Assembly: GCA_963663385.2 (NCBI GenBank)
Contig: CAXXXD010000001.1
Coordinates: 416,001 to 480,000, forward strand
DNA from: Oceanispirochaeta sp.
GTDB taxonomy: Bacteria; Spirochaetota; Spirochaetia; DSM-2461
DNA: 64,000 nt
Reading direction: 5' to 3'
The position numbers and the translations under genes are program-made. The notes under the pieces were generated by a model. It made no database searches and was not told the DNA's origin. It saw only the letters and a list, made by a program, of their open reading frames with translations. Shown piece by piece: positions 56,798 through 64,000 of this stretch. Numbering within the stretch: position 1 is the first letter of the stretch; every line of letters starts with the position of its first letter.

Positions 56798-57454
56798 ATG
56801 AAGGGTTTCCGTTTTATTATTCTGGTCTTACTTCTCTTTACGGTTTTTTCGCTGTCACAGGCCATGGCTTTCGAATATCAGGGGCTGGATGGTGAAGTCG
56901 GGTTCCTCTGGAAGCATAATGAAGGTTATGACAAGGAAAAAGGGGATAGCGGACCGGATTTATTGACTTTTTTTCCGGGGGTGTCTGCTTTTTTCACATT
57001 TAATGAAAGATTCTTTTTTAAACCCAGTCTTTTTCTCTATTCGGAAACTCTGCAGTATCTGCCGGAAAGAGAGTATTCCATCCCTGTGGATCAGGCGAAC
57101 ATCGACTCAATGTCTGTACTGGGAATTATGCTGGAACCAGCTGTCGGCTATAGCTGGACAATTGGATCCAGGCATACATTCGGTATTCAAACCGGTTTGG
57201 GATTCAATTTCCAGATCCCCCTGTGGGGACCGGGGGAGGATGACAGATCAGATATGCAGGATGTATTAATGGAGGAATGGTTCTTTATTAATCCCGGTAT
57301 CTGGTACTACAACCCTTTGACAGAGCGTTTTGGTTTTACTTTCCGGGCAGAAACCTGTCTTCCTGTTTATAATATTTTTGTTGACCGGGATCTCCCCTTC
57401 TCCGATAGTTTATCAGTTGTTGTAATGTTCGGAGTCAGGGTTATTGTCCAGTAG
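56798..57454 (+). CDS. Putative small outer-membrane beta-barrel protein
   Basis: Signal peptide from MKGFRF; alternating aromatic beta-strands; ends MFGVRVIVQ. Confidence 0.6.
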   Translation: MKGFRFIILVLLLFTVFSLSQAMAFEYQGLDGEVGFLWKHNEGYDKEKGDSGPDLLTFFPGVSAFFTFNERFFFKPSLFLYSETLQYLPEREYSIPVDQANIDSMSVLGIMLEPAVGYSWTIGSRHTFGIQTGLGFNFQIPLWGPGEDDRSDMQDVLMEEWFFINPGIWYYNPLTERFGFTFRAETCLPVYNIFVDRDLPFSDSLSVVVMFGVRVIVQ

Positions 57455-57456
57455 TC

Positions 57457-58710
57457 TTATATATAATCCTGAGGATCTTCCGGAAAACGATAGTTTTCCT
57501 CATTTCCCAAAGCCATTGTAATAAACGCGGCATTGGCATTATCCAGAACTCCCGCAAATACGATCAATACAGGAAGAATAGGCAAAATCAGAGCATATCC
57601 TTCAAGGAGTCCCCTTCCATAGAGGGTGCAGCTGATGATCAACGCTGTATACACACCCATATAGGATTGTGCAAAAAGCACTGCTGATATCAGAATGGAT
57701 GTTCCTATTACCCAGAAAATCTGAAAGGCAGTTAGCTCAAGGCTTGAGTAGGATTTTAGAATCGTTAACAGGGAAACACTGGTTACCATGGCTGTTCCGG
57801 CCCGGGAAAACATTGTAAGCAGAGGAATGGAGTAACCGGTTATTTTCCGCTTGATTCCGCCATTTTCCTTCAGAGTCCTGAGCAGTATCTGAGAATTTAT
57901 AAAGTTGTCTCCTGTAAAAACTGAGGCGATAATGGTAGACAGGAATATCCGCATATCTGAGTAGGGTCGTTTCCGGCTGATTAAAAAATAAACAAGCGGA
58001 TAAAAACCGAACAGGATCACTGCTGTTGCGATGGCTATTATCCTGATCAAACCATAGTATGTGGCAAAATCATTAATACCTCTGATATGAATTACCATTA
58101 CGGTGGTAACAGGAACCAGAAAGACTGTGAATGCTTCAGAAAACAGTGAATTCATTTTATAGAGCATTCGGCTGAAAGAGTCGAACAGGTTAAAAACCGG
58201 TTCGGCTTCTTCCTTGTCATAAACCAGCTGTGTTCCCAGAAAGATAGAAAACAGAAGTGCTGGAAGAATGAAGTCTCCCGTATAGTTGAATATGGCAAAG
58301 CTGTTGATGGGAATAATGCTCCGAAGTACTTCCTGAACAGAATCTATGGCAGTTACATTTCTGAAGGGATAGGGCGATTGCCAGCCGGAGGTTTCTGTAA
58401 TAATAGGTATCCTGTCTATGGGGAGTATAAACGTGAGTCCTGTACTGAGCAATATCTGGATAATAACGGCACCCAGAGAAAAAACAATAAGTTTTCCGCT
58501 TGTTTTTAACAGGATCCGGTCTCTGCGTAACTGGCATACAGAGACCGCCATTGTAAAAAAGAACAGGGGGAAAAGTATAAACCGGCCCAGTCTGAGAGCG
58601 AATTCAGCTACACCGAGGATAAGGGTGTAGAGCAAGGTATCAGCCTGTAAGACCAGACCCAGGAGAATACCGATTAAACCGGCAATTGTATACTTCAACC
58701 AAAGTTTCAT
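57457..58710 (-). CDS. Dicarboxylate/amino acid:cation symporter family (divergent)
   Basis: IIPINSF, LLFSIFLG, PLLTMFSRAGTAM; multiple TM segments. Confidence 0.75.
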   Translation of the reverse strand: MKLWLKYTIAGLIGILLGLVLQADTLLYTLILGVAEFALRLGRFILFPLFFFTMAVSVCQLRRDRILLKTSGKLIVFSLGAVIIQILLSTGLTFILPIDRIPIITETSGWQSPYPFRNVTAIDSVQEVLRSIIPINSFAIFNYTGDFILPALLFSIFLGTQLVYDKEEAEPVFNLFDSFSRMLYKMNSLFSEAFTVFLVPVTTVMVIHIRGINDFATYYGLIRIIAIATAVILFGFYPLVYFLISRKRPYSDMRIFLSTIIASVFTGDNFINSQILLRTLKENGGIKRKITGYSIPLLTMFSRAGTAMVTSVSLLTILKSYSSLELTAFQIFWVIGTSILISAVLFAQSYMGVYTALIISCTLYGRGLLEGYALILPILPVLIVFAGVLDNANAAFITMALGNEENYRFPEDPQDYI

Positions 58711-58738
58711 GAGAGCCTCCGCATATTAGTGGTAACAA

Positions 58739-59401
58739 TTATTTTCTTTTTACTATTGGTAAGGTTTGGAAAATACCCTTCTTTTCTGTGAATTTCAACC
58801 ACTCCCCATTAGCTTTAGGATCGGAAGCTGCTGAAATATTTAAAATAAAATCAGCATATTCTTCCATTTCTGTAACGCGGGTTGTAAAGCCGCACTTGAA
58901 TATCCCGGGAAGATTTGATTGAAGAATACTGTCCGAGAATGAATGAAATGCCCCGCAGATCAAATCATTCACGGGAGAGCTGGATTGATAGGATTTTTCA
59001 GATTCTGCAAAAATAAGAGAACCCTTTTCCTCCTGTATAAGGTAATCCATCAGTTCCTTAAGAAGATAAAGGGACCCGTGCAGAAGGGAATTCATAGTTT
59101 CTTCCATAACTTCAACGGACGTATCCTGAAAATTATCATTTAATTTGGTCTCCGGATGGACAAACAGAACCGTATCTATCTTCTGAAAAGTCCGGAGAGA
59201 CTCCCTCAGTATTGTTTTTGCCGATATCAGGGAGTTCCTGTTCCAGGGAATAATATGTAATTTTTTATTACTTGATTCCTTCAGTTTCTCCTGTGAGGTC
59301 ATAACTGGAGCAATAACCCGATATCCCTTATTCAGGCTTATTTCTATTAGTTTTCTGCCCAGCAGTGTCTCACTGCCGATGATTATTATAATCTTATCCA
59401 T
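58739..59401 (-). CDS. SDR-fold protein with degenerate active site
   Basis: IIIIIGSETLLGRKL..GYRV; FQKIDTV; GSLIF. Confidence 0.6.
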   Translation of the reverse strand: MDKIIIIIGSETLLGRKLIEISLNKGYRVIAPVMTSQEKLKESSNKKLHIIPWNRNSLISAKTILRESLRTFQKIDTVLFVHPETKLNDNFQDTSVEVMEETMNSLLHGSLYLLKELMDYLIQEEKGSLIFAESEKSYQSSSPVNDLICGAFHSFSDSILQSNLPGIFKCGFTTRVTEMEEYADFILNISAASDPKANGEWLKFTEKKGIFQTLPIVKRK

Positions 59402-59444
59402 ATGCTGATATAGTAGCTTCTTAGGCTTGCGGGGTCAACAATAC

Positions 59445-62400
59445 TCAGGATTCATCCAGTTCTTCTATAACCCGGGAAATCCTGTATTCTGATTTACCCA
59501 GGGCATTTTGGAGGTCAATCAGGAATTCTTCAAACAGTTCCTTTTTTACTGACAGGCCCTGGTTGGCAGAAGATCTGAATTGTGCGGCTCCAATAATAGA
59601 AAACCACCAGACAGCCTCTTCCATCCTTTCTTTATTGTACCAGAGGATCCCTTCGTGTTCATTGATTCCAAACCAGTCATAAAAAGATCTATCCTTCAGA
59701 AGAGAAAGGTAAATCTCTCTGAACTGAACAGAAGGTTTTTCCTTTTGATAATTATTAAATGTTTCATAAAAACGGGCCATACGGAAAAGCTGAGAATCAT
59801 CAAGCTTCATTAGCTGAAATGCCTGAACTGCCGGAACAATCAGGGATTCCATAGATGTGAATACAGGTTTTTTCTGTTTTCTGTACTTGTTCAATACTTT
59901 TCGTACAGAGTTAAGATCTTTTGAAAGAGAGGTTATCATGTCCGACATTTCGGGCGACTCTATTATTCCCGAATTAAAAAATTCTCCAATCATAAATATA
60001 GCCGGTTCCAATTCGGCATATTTCAAGGCCTTGTCCAGATTCGGTACACCCTGTTTTCCGATTCTTCTAAGAAGCTTTTCATAAGAGCGCTTTTCATCGT
60101 CCTGTCTCTGTATCACCGGATGAAATACACGGGACTCATATCCGTTTAAATGGATAGGAAAGCCTTCACGAATTAAATCGGAATTTCTATGGATATACCA
60201 GAGACCTTCTTTGCTGTCGAACAGTATTGTATAGTTTGCTTCATTCAGGCCGAGAATCGCTTGAAGGTCCTGAGTCTGTGTGCCGATTCTTTCTCCTGAT
60301 TCATTATTTATAGCCTTGGGAACTTCTTTCTGAATGACACCTTCTGCGGGTTCATAGGAATTATTATAGAATACGATTGTCTGATGTTCATTTTTTGAGT
60401 TTGTAAAGGCATAGACATTTTCGTTTACATTCCAGTCTCCGGATATAAAATCAAAGAGGTGGAATCCTTTTGCACCTGCAAATAGGCTTCTCTTTTTCAT
60501 AATAGGGATTATTTCCCGTCTATGGCGATCCAACAGACTGCTATCGGGGGTTTCATCCCAATAGGCTTTCTTATATTCCATTCCATATTTCTCTTCAAAA
60601 CCTTCAAACTGTCCATGACCAATCATTGGCAGGCCGGGAAGGGTCATCATCAAGGTGCAAACACCAAAATACTTATCCCCTTTTCCAAATTGGGCGACAG
60701 CTGTATCTTCATCCGGATTATTCATGAAATTGACATATCTCTTCATAATCTTCGAATCATAGTCCATCGTCTCTTTCAGCAGCTTCCTGAACTCTTTGTT
60801 GTTTTCCGTTTTCAGTAAATTCATAAAGGCGGAATTGTAAACACGATGCATTCCGAGGTTTCGTACAAAATATCCTTCCATCATCCAGAAAGCTTCCGCC
60901 AGAAGGAGAGTGTCCGGTAGCTCATCAGCAATTCGGTCTACAACTTCCCGCCAGAATTCAATAGGAATTTTCTTTTTAAGCTCATTACTGCTCATGGCAT
61001 ATTCGCTGCGGGACGGGATGGCACCCCCCTTGCCGGGCTCCGGATACCAGAGCCTTTGAATATGCTTACTTGCCAGTGTCATAGCAGCATCAAACCGGAT
61101 AATCGGGAAGTGACGGGCAACATGTAGGATCTGTTGAATTACTGCTTCCCTGATGTGGGGTTCCAGAAAATTTATCTGAGCCGTATCGTTCCAGGGCATC
61201 GTTGTTCCATCGTTGCCGTGGTACATATAAAGGGTATCTCCCGTCATATTGTCTACCCGCTTGAACACAACTGCAGCATCACTTTTCGAATAATATCCGT
61301 CCTCCAGAAAAAGGCTGATCCTGTTATCCTGGGAGAGATTTGGTCCGTTAAAGGTGTAATCCGGAAAGGGGATATCCCGTCGGCTCAGGAAATATTCCGG
61401 GTGGTTGAAAACCCAATCCGAATCCAGTCCGGTATGATTGGGAACCATATCGCTTGCCAGCCGGATACCTCTGTAAAGGGCTCTGTTTTTCAGATCTTCC
61501 AGTGCGCTCCAGCCCCCCAGCACATGAGCAATATCATAGCGGTTTAAGGAGTAGGCTGATGCTTCCGCTTCGGGATTTCCACAGATCCTTTTAATGTTCT
61601 TTGAAGCTATGCTTCTCTCCCATAATCCAATAAGCCATAGTCCGGTTATTCCTTTTTCCGCAAGGTCATCCAGTTCCTCGTCGGGAATTTCATTTAGGGT
61701 AGAGATTGTTCTTTTATACTTGCCAGAAAGCTGATCCAGCCATACATAGGCATTCTTGGCAATTAGAATGATATTTGGCATCCAGTCAGAATCCTGGCTG
61801 AAATTGGCAAAGTCTTTCTCTTGACAGCAGGTAAAATCGATACCTTCAACAGGTCCCGGCCCGCCGCCGCGAAAGTTATGCTCTTCTTTGTGAAAGTCCA
61901 GGGCTGTGAGTATTTCATCAGGGTTGAAAGATATTAAATTTTTCCACTCTTTCATAATAAAAAGAATCTGATTTTCCAGAGAGTCCGGATACCTTTTCAT
62001 CGGTTCCAGCAGCATTTTTACCAGATCAAATCTCTGTGTTATTCCACAGCCGGAAGCATTCATATATCCTCTTAGCTCTTCCAGAATCGTATCCCTGATA
62101 GGACGGGATAGTCTTTGATCGGTAAAAAGGAAACTCATCCCTGAGCAGGCCGGATTTCTGTTATTGAGGTGTACAAGGATACCGTCAGTTAACTTTATAT
62201 TTAATACTAGCTCTGTTTTCAATAATGTCAGAATATCCTGATCTTTCCGGATTAGTCGGGAATCCGGGAAATTCTCAATCAGAGAATTCAGGTAGTCAAT
62301 CCAGTTTTCCGGGGTTTTAAACTCAGGAATTTCCGACAGATCCATCGGCTGACCATCGGACTTTGTGGTCTTGCTGAAGTACTGATCAATCAGTTTTCGG

Positions 62401-62609
62401 GATAGTCTGTTCAACAGGGACAGGAGGTAAAGATCACTGCCGCTGACAGGTTTCCCGGGGGCAATCTGACTATTAATTTTTGCTGCTAAAATACGGGATG
62501 CCTTAAAGTCTGGCAGATTGATCATTCCATCGGGGGGCAGATCCCTTTCTGTATAGGACAACTTCTGCCGGATGGATTTTTCCAAGTAGAATGAATTGCT
62601 TAGTTTCAT
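59445..62609 (-). CDS. Large alpha-amylase (GH13) family protein
   Basis: DMVPNH, IRFDAA, LAEAFW, FMNNPDE, TLPGLPM. Confidence 0.88.
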   Translation of the reverse strand: MKLSNSFYLEKSIRQKLSYTERDLPPDGMINLPDFKASRILAAKINSQIAPGKPVSGSDLYLLSLLNRLSRKLIDQYFSKTTKSDGQPMDLSEIPEFKTPENWIDYLNSLIENFPDSRLIRKDQDILTLLKTELVLNIKLTDGILVHLNNRNPACSGMSFLFTDQRLSRPIRDTILEELRGYMNASGCGITQRFDLVKMLLEPMKRYPDSLENQILFIMKEWKNLISFNPDEILTALDFHKEEHNFRGGGPGPVEGIDFTCCQEKDFANFSQDSDWMPNIILIAKNAYVWLDQLSGKYKRTISTLNEIPDEELDDLAEKGITGLWLIGLWERSIASKNIKRICGNPEAEASAYSLNRYDIAHVLGGWSALEDLKNRALYRGIRLASDMVPNHTGLDSDWVFNHPEYFLSRRDIPFPDYTFNGPNLSQDNRISLFLEDGYYSKSDAAVVFKRVDNMTGDTLYMYHGNDGTTMPWNDTAQINFLEPHIREAVIQQILHVARHFPIIRFDAAMTLASKHIQRLWYPEPGKGGAIPSRSEYAMSSNELKKKIPIEFWREVVDRIADELPDTLLLAEAFWMMEGYFVRNLGMHRVYNSAFMNLLKTENNKEFRKLLKETMDYDSKIMKRYVNFMNNPDEDTAVAQFGKGDKYFGVCTLMMTLPGLPMIGHGQFEGFEEKYGMEYKKAYWDETPDSSLLDRHRREIIPIMKKRSLFAGAKGFHLFDFISGDWNVNENVYAFTNSKNEHQTIVFYNNSYEPAEGVIQKEVPKAINNESGERIGTQTQDLQAILGLNEANYTILFDSKEGLWYIHRNSDLIREGFPIHLNGYESRVFHPVIQRQDDEKRSYEKLLRRIGKQGVPNLDKALKYAELEPAIFMIGEFFNSGIIESPEMSDMITSLSKDLNSVRKVLNKYRKQKKPVFTSMESLIVPAVQAFQLMKLDDSQLFRMARFYETFNNYQKEKPSVQFREIYLSLLKDRSFYDWFGINEHEGILWYNKERMEEAVWWFSIIGAAQFRSSANQGLSVKKELFEEFLIDLQNALGKSEYRISRVIEELDES

Positions 62610-62647
62610 AGTCCCTCCGGCATTATCTGTTTTGACGTGTTAGATTA

Positions 62648-63898
62648 TTATAGCTTACTAAAATCTAATGTTGCAAAATAATCTTCAATTGTTTCGGCAC
62701 GTCTGATCTCCCTAAGGGTCCCGTCTTCCTGCAGAAGGAGTTCCGCATGGCGTAATTTCCCGTTATAGTTGAACCCCATGGCATAGCCGTGAGCTCCAGT
62801 GTCATGGATAACGATATAGTCATCCTTTTCTATCAGGGGAAGGCTGCGGTTTATGGCAAATTTATCATTATTTTCACAGAGAGAACCAACCACATCGTAA
62901 ATATGATCGACAGGCATGCCCTCCTTTCCGGGAATTGTAATATGGTGATAGGCTCCGTATATGCCCGGTCGCATCAGGTCGGCCATGCAGGCATCAACTC
63001 CGATATAGTGTTTATAGGTATCTTTTTTATGAATGGCTTTCGTTACCAGATATCCATAAGGACCTGTTATCATTCGGCCGCATTCCATAAAAATTCTGAG
63101 AGACTCTTGACCTGTGCCGGTCAGGGTTTTTTGATAGTACTCCTCAATTCCCTTAGAGACATATTCCAGATCAACCGCTTTATCTTCCGGTTTATAGGGT
63201 ATACCTATTCCTCCTCCCAGATTGATAAACTCGAAACTTATTCCCAGTTCCTCGGATATTTCCCTGACCAGATCAATCAGAAGAACGCCGGTTTCAATAA
63301 AATAGTCAGGATTCAGTTCGTTGGATGCAACCATGGTATGGAGACCGAATCTTTTTACACCCCATTCTGCGGCTTTCCGGTAACCCTCTTTCAACTGTTC
63401 TTTTGTAAAACCGTATTTCGCTTCTTCAGGTGAGCCGATTATGGTATTTCCTTCTTTCAGGGGTCCGGGGTTGTAACGGAAACAGAGGAGTTCCGGCAGT
63501 CCGGGACCATTATGAAGAATTTCGAGATGGCTGATATCATCAAGGTTGATTACGGCTCCCAGTTCCAGAGCTTTTTCATACTCTTCCATGGGTGTTTCGT
63601 TGGAGGTGAACATAATCTCCTCGCCTTTCATTCCGGCCTTTTCGGCCAGAATCAGTTCCGGCAGGGAGGAGCAGTCTGCACCCATTCCAACAGAGTGGAG
63701 CATTTTTAATATATAGGGGTTGGGTAGAGCTTTTACGGCAAAATAATTACGGAAACCGCCGGGTACCCAGTTAAATGCCTTCAGAAAGTAGTCAGCATTG
63801 TTTAAGATGGCTTTTCCGTCATACAGATGAAAAGGGGTCGGGTGACTCCCGTTGATAGATGCTATTTGTTCCTTACTGAAAGGCAGTGTTTTATTCAT
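62648..63898 (-). CDS. lysA: Diaminopimelate decarboxylase
   Basis: FAVKALPN, NLGGG, ECGR, GSLCENND, GAHGYAMGFNYN. Confidence 0.95.
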   Translation of the reverse strand: MNKTLPFSKEQIASINGSHPTPFHLYDGKAILNNADYFLKAFNWVPGGFRNYFAVKALPNPYILKMLHSVGMGADCSSLPELILAEKAGMKGEEIMFTSNETPMEEYEKALELGAVINLDDISHLEILHNGPGLPELLCFRYNPGPLKEGNTIIGSPEEAKYGFTKEQLKEGYRKAAEWGVKRFGLHTMVASNELNPDYFIETGVLLIDLVREISEELGISFEFINLGGGIGIPYKPEDKAVDLEYVSKGIEEYYQKTLTGTGQESLRIFMECGRMITGPYGYLVTKAIHKKDTYKHYIGVDACMADLMRPGIYGAYHHITIPGKEGMPVDHIYDVVGSLCENNDKFAINRSLPLIEKDDYIVIHDTGAHGYAMGFNYNGKLRHAELLLQEDGTLREIRRAETIEDYFATLDFSKL

Positions 63899-64000
63899 GA
63901 GTATCCTCGTCCTTTAAATTTATACACCAGCTGCGGAAAACCGGTTCTGAAATTTTTTTAAGATGATCGTAATCTCTCTCTTCCATCTTCTCCAGAGCAG
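63891..64000 (-). CDS. 3' end of an unidentified CDS overlapping the lysA start
   Basis: Open frame ALEKMEERDYDHLKKISEPVFRSWCINLKDEDTHE*. Confidence 0.5.
   Translation of the reverse strand, partial: ALEKMEERDYDHLKKISEPVFRSWCINLKDEDTHE

Overview
This window is the replication-origin region of a free-living spirochaete chromosome (Spirochaetaceae-like, inferred from gene order and tRNA-Arg(GCG)). The core block is parB-parA, three parS sites, gyrA-gyrB divergent from dnaA-oriC-dnaN-recF-dciA-rpmH-rnpA-yidD-yidC-jag. The left flank carries uvrC, recR-ybaB-dnaX, SRP RNA and four tRNAs. The right flank carries thrC, aspartokinase, murA, a cluster of atypical regulators, rsmE, ctpA, a MinD-like ATPase, FapA, lgt, proS, a GH13 enzyme and lysA. 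I saw no mobile elements or CRISPR arrays. Highlights: (1) dnaX is split at an A12G run, so the short gamma form is the in-frame product and full-length tau needs a -1 shift. (2) At least seven genes have canonical promoters only 6-8 nt before the ATG, suggesting leaderless mRNAs. (3) Two satellite DnaA-box clusters flank oriC. (4) A sigma-54 activator lacks its HTH and has a D->E receiver, next to a pseudo-response regulator and a STAS-Zn-ribbon protein. (5) There is a sigma-54 promoter and several probable pseudoenzymes. All calls come from reading motifs by eye; no database searches were run.
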